This document shows, in pieces, positions 18,598 to 25,941 of a DNA stretch of 64,000 nt. The notes under the pieces are model-generated. The model saw only the letters and a program-made list of their open reading frames with translations, did no database searches and was not told where the DNA came from. Location of the stretch: positions 4,746 through 68,745 of the forward strand of contig CAZPTQ010000002.1 of assembly GCA_964589365.1 (NCBI GenBank). Direction: 5' to 3'. The position numbers and the translations under genes were made by a program. The DNA comes from an uncultured Saprospiraceae bacterium. GTDB taxonomy: Bacteria; Bacteroidota; Bacteroidia; Chitinophagales; Saprospiraceae. Each line of letters begins with the position of its first letter. Position 1 is the stretch's first letter.

Positions 18598-20325
18598 ATG
18601 AAGCATCTATTTACCCTTTCCTTTTTTTACCTTTTTGTCAGCTCCTGCTCCCAATCACCCAATACCCCAATATCCCAATATCCCAATATCATCTTTATCA
18701 ACGGCAATTTTTTTACCGCTGATTCTCTGAATCCTAAGGCCACGGCTGTTGCCATTGTTGGCGATCGCATTTTGGCCGTAGGGAATGATGCTGATCTCAA
18801 AAAATTGGCAGGGAAAGAGACGCAAATCATTGACTTGCAAGGTGCTTTTGCGATGCCCGGGTTTATTGAGGGTCACGGGCATTTCAATGGGTTGGGGGCA
18901 AGTCTTCAAAATCTCAATCTCATCAATACCAAAAGTTGGGCAGAGATAACGGGCTTGGTGGCCGAAAAAACGAAGTCTGCCAAACCCGGCGAATGGATTG
19001 AAGGTCGGGGCTGGCACCAGGAAAAATGGTCCGAATCTCCGGGAGCGAATGTGAACGGTTACCCATATAATACCGATCTCAGCGCCGTTTCGCCAAATAA
19101 TCCAGTAATCTTGTACCATGCCAGTGGTCACGGGCTTGTTGCCAATTCAAAAGCCATCGAGCTGGCAGGCATTTCCAACGAAACTTCTGACCCCATAGGT
19201 GGGCGTATCGTTCGAGATGCGCGCGGCAAAATCACAGGGGTTTTTGAAGAAAATGCAATGGGTTTGATAGAAAAACCTTTCAATACCTGGAACAACCTTC
19301 GCTCAGAAGCCGAGAAAACTGCGGCTTTTGAAAAATCCACCAAACTCGCTGCTGCTGAATGCCTCGCAAAAGGAATCACCTCATTTCAAGATGCCGGCAG
19401 CAGTTTTTGGGAAATTTCCCAATATCGCCGCTTGGCCGAAGTGGGTCAACTCCCACTACGCCTCTGGGTAATGGCCAGTCAGCCTACCGCCCACGATATT
19501 CCGAAACTGGCCGATTATCCGCAAATTGGGCTTGGAAATCAGTACTTTACTTGCCGCGCAGTCAAATGCTACTTTGATGGGGCACTTGGCTCATACGGTG
19601 CTTGGCTGCTTGCACCATACGACGACAAACCAGGGTTCGTGGGGCAAAACACCACGCCGCTAGATACCATCGCGAATATGGCCAAAGCCTGTCACCAATA
19701 CGGCCTCCAACTCTGTGTTCACGCTATTGGCGACCGGGCCAACCGGGAGATTTTGAATGTGGTTGAAAGTGAACTGGGGGCAAAAAATGAGCGACGTTGG
19801 CGGATCGAGCACTCCCAACACATTGACCCACAGGATATTCCGCGCTTCGCTCAGCTCGGCGTTGTCGCATCCATGCAGGCCATCCATTGCACCAGCGATG
19901 CCCCCTTCGTGGTAAAACGCCTCGGTACGGAACGCGCCCGTACAGGTGCCTATGCCTGGCGAAGCCTGCTCGACAGCGGCGCGCACTTAGCCAACGGCAC
20001 GGATGCCCCCGTAGAAGATGTAGATCCGCTGCCCTGCCTTTATGCTTCCGTGACGAGAATGCCGACCACCCCCCTTCCTTATGGAGGGGGCCAGGGGGAG
20101 GCTTTTTTTCCGGAACAAAAAATGACCCGGGAAGAAGCCCTGTTTTCCTACACGATATGGAATGCATGGGCGGCTTTTGAAGAAAAAGAAAAAGGCTCGC
20201 TCACGCCGGGAAAATTGGCTGATATCGTGGTGCTATCTAAAGACCTCTTGCGGTGTACGCCGGAGGAAATATTGCAGGCGAAGGTGTTGAAGACTGTGGT
20301 AGGGGGGAAAGTGGTCTTTGAGTAA
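18598..20325 (+). CDS. Amidohydro_3 (YtcJ-like) metal-dependent amidohydrolase, secreted or lipoprotein
   Basis: 575 aa. PGFIEGHGHF, CVHAIGDRA, RIEHSQH, ASMQAIHCTSD, GTDAPVE. Confidence 0.9.
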   Translation: MKHLFTLSFFYLFVSSCSQSPNTPISQYPNIIFINGNFFTADSLNPKATAVAIVGDRILAVGNDADLKKLAGKETQIIDLQGAFAMPGFIEGHGHFNGLGASLQNLNLINTKSWAEITGLVAEKTKSAKPGEWIEGRGWHQEKWSESPGANVNGYPYNTDLSAVSPNNPVILYHASGHGLVANSKAIELAGISNETSDPIGGRIVRDARGKITGVFEENAMGLIEKPFNTWNNLRSEAEKTAAFEKSTKLAAAECLAKGITSFQDAGSSFWEISQYRRLAEVGQLPLRLWVMASQPTAHDIPKLADYPQIGLGNQYFTCRAVKCYFDGALGSYGAWLLAPYDDKPGFVGQNTTPLDTIANMAKACHQYGLQLCVHAIGDRANREILNVVESELGAKNERRWRIEHSQHIDPQDIPRFAQLGVVASMQAIHCTSDAPFVVKRLGTERARTGAYAWRSLLDSGAHLANGTDAPVEDVDPLPCLYASVTRMPTTPLPYGGGQGEAFFPEQKMTREEALFSYTIWNAWAAFEEKEKGSLTPGKLADIVVLSKDLLRCTPEEILQAKVLKTVVGGKVVFE

Positions 20326-20326
20326 G

Positions 20327-20452
20327 TTGGGGATTTGGTTATTTGGTGAATTGGTTATTTGGGGCACTCAAGCTTGATATTGGTATTGTCGAAGTGGAGA
20401 TGAGAAATGCCAAGCTTGGCCACTCGAATAACCAAATCCCCAATTCACCAAC
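20327..20452. repeat. GGGGATTTGG / CAAGCTTG / CCAAAT-type palindromic repeat element (copy B) between convergent genes
   Basis: ggggatttggttatt (20330-20344) pairs with aataaccaaatcccc (20427-20441), and ggtgaattgg pairs with ccaattcacc. There are two caagcttg cores (about 20368 and 20411). It shares the caagcttgg..ctcgaataaccaaat core with 13743-13769. Confidence 0.8.
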
Positions 20453-21562
20453 TCACCTTTTCAGCAATTGCACCAGTATCCCGCTTTTCAATCGCGGTTC
20501 GAAATAAGTGCTTTTTGGCGGAAGAATCTCACCCGCATCGGCCAGATACATCATGTCGGCAAAATGGACCGGGAAGAGTGCAAAACCCACTTTATGGCGA
20601 CTATTGGCAGCTTTTTGCAGGCCATTCAGGCCTTTGCTACCATCAATATAAGTCACTCTGGTATCAGTGCGCACATCGTGTATCCCAAGGATATTTCCCA
20701 GTACTCGTTCGTTCAAAAGCGAGGCATCAAGCAGGGCATTTTGTTCATCCAGGCCAGGCAGCAATTCAGGTCGCCAATGTAGTGAATACCATTCTTGGCG
20801 GAGGCACATCACGACTTCATGCTTGTCCAAGGGGCGGCGAGGCGCTTCCAATAATTCAATGTCGAACACCTTGGAAATCAGTGCCATAAACTGCGCACCG
20901 CTCATTCCTTCTGGGATTTCCGCAGCTCGGTTGTAGTCGAGAATGTCCAGCTGGTCGGTGGCGAAAAAGGCGCAAAAGAGGTGGTCGAAATCAAACGCTG
21001 GAAACTGGTCGCGTTGCTCATGCAGCATCGCCATGGTAGAGGTGCGGTGATGCCCGTCGGCAATGTAGGTGGACTTTACATTCTTGGTAAAAAGGTCCTG
21101 CAAATCGGCAATATCTTGCTCATCCGTCACGGCCCATATACGGTGAAGCACTTTTCCATTCTTAAATCTGGTGTCGAACAGCGGCTTGTTTTTATGCACA
21201 AACCCGTTCAACCACGTACTGATGCTCGGAACAGAAGGATACGTTAGCAACACAGGTTTTAAGATGGCCTCCCATTGCAAGAACAAATCCCTTTGATGTT
21301 CTTCGCGTGCGCCAAGCGTGGCTTCGTGTTTTTTGACTTTTCCCTCAAAAAAATCCTCTACCTCGTTGAGCGCCACCAATCCCGTGTGCTCGCCTGTGAT
21401 TGACTTGATTTGATAAATGAAAAAGGCGGCTTGGGGGACTTTTTTATAAAGCCCTTCTTTTACATACTGCTGGTAAAGGTTTTTTGCTTCATCGCAAAAA
21501 ACTTCGGAGGATTCAATTTTCGCAAAATCCGGGTAACAGGCTCGGAGTGGTTTTATCTTCAT
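20453..21562 (-). CDS. DUF1015 domain protein
   Basis: 369 aa. MKIKPLRACYP, HEATLGAREEHQ, YIADGHHRTSTMAML. Confidence 0.85.
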   Translation of the reverse strand: MKIKPLRACYPDFAKIESSEVFCDEAKNLYQQYVKEGLYKKVPQAAFFIYQIKSITGEHTGLVALNEVEDFFEGKVKKHEATLGAREEHQRDLFLQWEAILKPVLLTYPSVPSISTWLNGFVHKNKPLFDTRFKNGKVLHRIWAVTDEQDIADLQDLFTKNVKSTYIADGHHRTSTMAMLHEQRDQFPAFDFDHLFCAFFATDQLDILDYNRAAEIPEGMSGAQFMALISKVFDIELLEAPRRPLDKHEVVMCLRQEWYSLHWRPELLPGLDEQNALLDASLLNERVLGNILGIHDVRTDTRVTYIDGSKGLNGLQKAANSRHKVGFALFPVHFADMMYLADAGEILPPKSTYFEPRLKSGILVQLLKR

Positions 21563-21688
21563 GGATGGGCTGGTAAAGGCGGGCGAAAAGTAAGGAATTT
21601 TGCAAGACGCTTCAACCCACTAATCAAACACCGGAAGCGAGGGATTGGATAAAAATTCCAAGCGATGGGTTTTTTCCGGCAGCACTTC

Positions 21689-22096
21689 TTAATTCTCTTG
21701 GTTTACAAAAAGAATTTTCTGCTGGTAGGTTTCCCAAAAGCCAGTCTCGAATGAATCTATTATCAGGTTTTTTATCTTTTCAACTACTTGATTCACAAGA
21801 TTTTCAGGCGCGATCTTCAAGTCCAGTTCAAAAGGTTTTTCATGCAAACAATCCGTATCAATTTGCACTACGAGGAAATCGTTTTGCTCAAATGCACCTT
21901 GGAAAAGCGAGGATTGGCAGTAAGCTATCACCTGCGTCCATCCTCCTTGTCGTTGGAAAGCATCCGTCGCGTCAAGGAGGGGTTGGAGTGGGCGAACCGT
22001 TAGATCGGGGTCATCGAAATGACCGACGAGGATGTTCTTCAGAACCCGATGGTCGGTTGGGCCTTCCGCAATAAGGCCGAAAGTTGGATTAGGCAT
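21689..22096 (-). CDS. 135-aa mini Toprim-like protein (E ... DxD pattern), partner of the upstream ATPase
   Basis: ORF 21689..22105 begins at a TTG in the track. The first ATG is at 22096 (MPNPTFGLIAEGPTDHRVLKNILVGHF), 5 nt after the ATPase stop. An acidic DxD motif (FLVVQIDTDC) lies about 70 aa downstream. This resembles the N-terminal EG..(D/E) and DxD pattern of DUF4276, DUF4435 and RloB Toprim partners. Confidence 0.7.
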   Translation of the reverse strand: MPNPTFGLIAEGPTDHRVLKNILVGHFDDPDLTVRPLQPLLDATDAFQRQGGWTQVIAYCQSSLFQGAFEQNDFLVVQIDTDCLHEKPFELDLKIAPENLVNQVVEKIKNLIIDSFETGFWETYQQKILFVNQEN

Positions 22097-22101
22097 AGTC
22101 T

Positions 22102-23211
22102 TCAAATGTTGGGTAGACCACCGATATAGCCCCGGAGAAACTGCTCAGACAGTTTCACGGACTCGTGGCCATTAGCAGATGGTTTTTGCTCAATTCGGAG
22201 GGCTTTGGTATGGCCGAGTTTATTACGAGAGATGACGAATAGGCGTTGTTCCTGATCATTTAGGTTGAGGCCATCAAGTAGACCGGGGTTATGTGCAGTA
22301 ACTATGACTTGCTTGTCATTTTCTTTTGCCAATCGTACTAATTCACCAATAAGTTTAGCGCAGAGCCGAGGATTCAGCGGATTGTCAATATTGTCAATAG
22401 CAAAGAACTTGGAGGTATGAGGGCTGACAAAAAGAGTAATATAAAAAAGCAAGTAGAGAAAGCCCTCATTGCTGCAGCGTTGGTCAATGTATGCGATGCC
22501 GTCTTCTAAGTAGCGATCCTTGATTTGTATGCGCCGCTCATTGAAAAGCAAATCATTGGGGATTTCAGAGCCTTCGAACCAGTCAATGAGTTGGAGGGTC
22601 TCACTGATTTTTTTGAACACCTCTGGCTCTTTGCGAACAAGGTCGGCAAAGTGACTGAACAATGCTTCGCCGCGTATGCCTAGTGGTCGAATTTGACCTT
22701 CTTCGTCGAAGCGACGGAGGTAGGTGTTTTCGGGAGCATAAAGTTGATATCTAGGGATATTCGTCTTATTTACTTTATTAACATAAAAATTTCTTCCTTT
22801 TTCAAGCGCGATTAAAAAGTCCTCTTTGCTTTCAGCCAATATAGTGTCTCTCTCCTTATCTGTATTCGTGTAGTTTGTATTTTTAAGAAACCAGTATTGA
22901 TCAGGGTCAAAAACATGAATAATATCGAGTGGGTACGTATCTGTTTCGTTTGAAAAAGTAATATTCATCTCCTTTTTAGCCTTTCCAAAACCTGAAAACA
23001 TTAAATCAGCATCAGTCAATCTGATGCCTTTCCAAGGCAAAAAGCCATCTCCAACCATTGTGTCGTCAATTACCAAACTCCCCAAGGCAATCGCTTCCAA
23101 AATATTCGTCTTTCCGAAACCATTCTCCCCAATCAAAACATTCACTCGCCCCAAGTCGATTTCGAGTGAGAGAATAGACTTGTAATTTTCAATTTTAATA
23201 TGCTGTATCAT
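22102..23211 (-). CDS. ABC/SMC-like AAA_21-type ATPase with non-canonical Walker B
   Basis: ORF 22102..23238 has a TTG start in the track; the ATG at 23211 gives MIQHIKIENYKSI. Walker A GENGFGKTN (23104-23130), signature-like CSNEGFLYLL, Walker B region KFFAIDNIDNPLNP (22369-22410), H-loop VIVTAHNPGLLD. Confidence 0.85.
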   Translation of the reverse strand: MIQHIKIENYKSILSLEIDLGRVNVLIGENGFGKTNILEAIALGSLVIDDTMVGDGFLPWKGIRLTDADLMFSGFGKAKKEMNITFSNETDTYPLDIIHVFDPDQYWFLKNTNYTNTDKERDTILAESKEDFLIALEKGRNFYVNKVNKTNIPRYQLYAPENTYLRRFDEEGQIRPLGIRGEALFSHFADLVRKEPEVFKKISETLQLIDWFEGSEIPNDLLFNERRIQIKDRYLEDGIAYIDQRCSNEGFLYLLFYITLFVSPHTSKFFAIDNIDNPLNPRLCAKLIGELVRLAKENDKQVIVTAHNPGLLDGLNLNDQEQRLFVISRNKLGHTKALRIEQKPSANGHESVKLSEQFLRGYIGGLPNI

Positions 23212-23226
23212 AATCCGTGTATTGGG

Positions 23227-23234
23227 CAAAAGTA
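23227..23234 (-). promoter_or_regulatory. TAnnTTTG -7 box immediately upstream of the ATPase gene
   Basis: The minus strand reads TACTTTTG, 15 nt before the ATG at 23211, in the 34-nt gap after the ABC exporter stop. Motif match only. Confidence 0.4.
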
Positions 23235-23245
23235 GCAATTATCCC

Positions 23246-25069
23246 CTACACATACCCCTTCGCCTGCAACCTAAACAATTCCGCATATTTCCCACCTTTA
23301 GCCACCAACTCCTCGTGAGTGCCCAATTCAAGCAACTCCCCTTGTTCAAGGAACAAGATTCGATCTGCCATGCGCACGGTGGAAAAACGGTGCGAAATCA
23401 GCACGGCCGCTTTGCCTTTCATCAATTCTGCGAAACGCACAAATACCTCGTGCTCGGCTCTGGCATCCAGCGCTGCCGTTGGTTCATCGAGGATAATCAG
23501 TTGAGCCTCACGCATATATGCGCGTGCGAGCGCGACTTTTTGCCATTGTCCGCCGCTGAGGTCAACACCCCCTGCAAAGCGTTTTCCGAGCATCTGGCCG
23601 TATTTTTTGGGTAATGGTTCAATCACGGTATCGGCCAGACTTTTATGGGCCGAGTCTTCGATGCGGGACTGGTTTTCGTTTTCTGAAATGTTGCCGATGG
23701 CAATGTTCTCCCCTGCGGTGAACATGAACCGAACGTAGTCCTGAAAAATTATTCCAATCTCACGGCGCAGGTCTTCCGGGTCATAATCGCATAAATCCAC
23801 GCCGTCGAGCAGGATCCGGCCTTCGGAGGGTTCGTAAAGATGGGCAAGGAGTTTGACGAGGGTGGTTTTACCAGCGCCGTTTTCGCCAACTAGGGCAAGT
23901 TTTTCGCCGGGATGAAGCGTAAAACTGAGGTGCCTCAATGCCCAGACATCGGTTTCGGGGTATTTGAACCCAACGTTTTCAAACACAAAGCCTTGCTTCA
24001 TGGGGCGCGGGATCTTGTGCCCACCCGTGTGTGTGCCAGCCAAGGGCCTTAATTCCAAAAAATCAAAAAGATCTTGAAGATAAAGCGAGGTCTCGGCGAT
24101 GCGTGAAAAACGACTCACTATTCCTTGCAACAAGCCTTGCAAACGGCTAAACGCTCCTGCCAAAAAAGTGAGTGTGCCCACCGTGATTTGCCCGGCAATG
24201 GTTTGGCCGATCACGAAAACGTAGGCAGCATAATATGAAACCGTTCCAAGCGTAGAAAATAAGGCTCCCCAAGCCGCCCGGCGCAACGCCAGTTTTTGAT
24301 TGACCAGAAAATAGCGATCCGAAATGGTTTTGAAACGTGTGGCGATGAAATCTTCAAGGCCAAAAATTTTGATCTCCTTGGCGGTCTCGTTGCTCGCACC
24401 GATGTAGCGGAGATAGTCAATTTCGCGGCGTTCGGGTGTCCAGGAACGGGAAATGGAATACGATTCCTGGTTGAACTTAGCCTCCCCAATAAAGGAAGGT
24501 ATGACAGCAATTACGAGAATGAGCAGCAGCCAAGGATTGAAAGCGATAAGGCCAACAGCAAGAAATGCTACGGTGATGAGGTCTTGCGCTTGTGAAAGCA
24601 CCATGCTCATGAGCGCAGTACGACCGGAGGTTTGTGTGCGGGCGCGTTCAAGTTTGTCGTAAAAAGTTGCGTCTTCAAACTGGTAAAGGTCCAGCGTGGC
24701 GGCGTGGCGGATGATTCTTACGGAGGAGTCGTTGTTTACTAAATCGCCCAACAGACTGTCTGTCAAAGTGATGGCGCGGTTTAGCAGGCTCGAAGCTACT
24801 GCCAGCGCAAGTTCTGCGCCCACCCAAAACCAGAGCGGATTGGAGAATGTGAGCGCGACCGGACGAGCGATTTGGGCAATTACCTCGTCAATAATTTCCT
24901 TTCCAACATAAAGCATGGCAAGTGGCACAGCGGCTTGTACGAGACGCAGCACCATGTTCCAAATTGTCAGTTTGGGGCTGACAGCCCAAATCATTCGGAA
25001 GAAACGCGGGACGTTGCGAAGGGATTCAAATTGGGCAAAAAAGCCCTTTTTTTCTTTTTTTTCTGTCAT
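23246..25069 (-). CDS. ABC exporter, fused transmembrane and ATP-binding domains (MsbA/multidrug type)
   Basis: ORF 23246..25180; the probable start is the ATG at 25069 (MTEKKEKKGFF). Six-TM region, then GENGAGKTT, LSGGQWQKVALARA, LIILDEPTAALD, ISHR. Confidence 0.9.
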   Translation of the reverse strand: MTEKKEKKGFFAQFESLRNVPRFFRMIWAVSPKLTIWNMVLRLVQAAVPLAMLYVGKEIIDEVIAQIARPVALTFSNPLWFWVGAELALAVASSLLNRAITLTDSLLGDLVNNDSSVRIIRHAATLDLYQFEDATFYDKLERARTQTSGRTALMSMVLSQAQDLITVAFLAVGLIAFNPWLLLILVIAVIPSFIGEAKFNQESYSISRSWTPERREIDYLRYIGASNETAKEIKIFGLEDFIATRFKTISDRYFLVNQKLALRRAAWGALFSTLGTVSYYAAYVFVIGQTIAGQITVGTLTFLAGAFSRLQGLLQGIVSRFSRIAETSLYLQDLFDFLELRPLAGTHTGGHKIPRPMKQGFVFENVGFKYPETDVWALRHLSFTLHPGEKLALVGENGAGKTTLVKLLAHLYEPSEGRILLDGVDLCDYDPEDLRREIGIIFQDYVRFMFTAGENIAIGNISENENQSRIEDSAHKSLADTVIEPLPKKYGQMLGKRFAGGVDLSGGQWQKVALARAYMREAQLIILDEPTAALDARAEHEVFVRFAELMKGKAAVLISHRFSTVRMADRILFLEQGELLELGTHEELVAKGGKYAELFRLQAKGYV

Positions 25070-25191
25070 TTTGCCTTGTGGGTTGGCGGTGCGAACTGCT
25101 CTCCGGTAGTTTTTATCTCTTGATTGCATCTTTACTTTTATCTCAAATGCGCGGTATCTTGGCGCGAAAGTCGTTATCAAACCCGTCTGGC

Positions 25192-25941
25192 ATGAAAAAG
25201 TTGTTCCTTTTTAGTCTGTTTGGCTTCTTTGTCGCTTGCTCCTCTAAAAGTTTCCCATTCCAAAATCCACCCGCACCCGGATTTAACGCAACGGCCTCTG
25301 ATGCCAAGGCTATTTCTATCGCCGACGAGGTGATGCAGGCCATGGGTGGAAGACAAGCCTGGGACAACACCCGGTTCCTCTCCTGGAATTTCTTTAACCG
25401 CCGCAAATTGCTGTGGGATAAACAGGCAGGTATCTGCCGCATCGAATGGACAACCCGACCACTGAAAATTATTGTGAATTTGAACGATGGTACGGGAAAA
25501 GTAAACCTCAACGGCATCGAGCAAACCCATCCCGACTCGCTTGCCAAGTATCTCGATATGGGTAAAAAAGTATGGATCAATGATTCTTACTGGCTCGCCA
25601 TGCCGTTCAAACTGAAAGATTCTGGAGTGACTTTAAAGTATCTCGGGGAATCCAAAACCGAGGCAGCTGAAAGCTCGGATTTGCTCCAAATGACTTTCGC
25701 GGGCGTGGGCGTTACGCCCAACAACAAGTACCACGTGTGGATAGATAAAAAGACGCGACTCGTGACGCAATGGGCTTATTTTGAAAAATTTAGTGATGAA
25801 AAAGCTGGTATTATAAATGCTTGGGCTCGGTACAAACGTTGCGGTAAAATCCTGATTTCTACTGAGCGCGGCAGTCGTGGTTCATTGGAGCCTGTTGAAG
25901 TTTTTGAAACGGTGCCTGAGGAAATGTGGTCATTACATTGA
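25192..25941 (+). CDS. hypothetical lipoprotein
   Basis: ORF 25078..25941 trimmed to the ATG at 25192 (MKKLFLFSLFGFFVACSS lipobox). Protein-like composition, no family recognised. Confidence 0.7.
   Translation: MKKLFLFSLFGFFVACSSKSFPFQNPPAPGFNATASDAKAISIADEVMQAMGGRQAWDNTRFLSWNFFNRRKLLWDKQAGICRIEWTTRPLKIIVNLNDGTGKVNLNGIEQTHPDSLAKYLDMGKKVWINDSYWLAMPFKLKDSGVTLKYLGESKTEAAESSDLLQMTFAGVGVTPNNKYHVWIDKKTRLVTQWAYFEKFSDEKAGIINAWARYKRCGKILISTERGSRGSLEPVEVFETVPEEMWSLH

Noticed and set aside
17873-18690. Tandem short repeats as a possible CRISPR array
   Set aside because: The units are 7-8 nt and contiguous, with no spacers, no 25-40-nt repeat periodicity and no cas genes. They are not CRISPR.
21563-23245. 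Integrase, transposase or flanking direct repeats delimiting the ATPase/Toprim-like island
   Set aside because: No recombinase ORF and no obvious target-site duplication or inverted terminal repeats were seen at either junction. The evidence for mobility is therefore limited to base composition.
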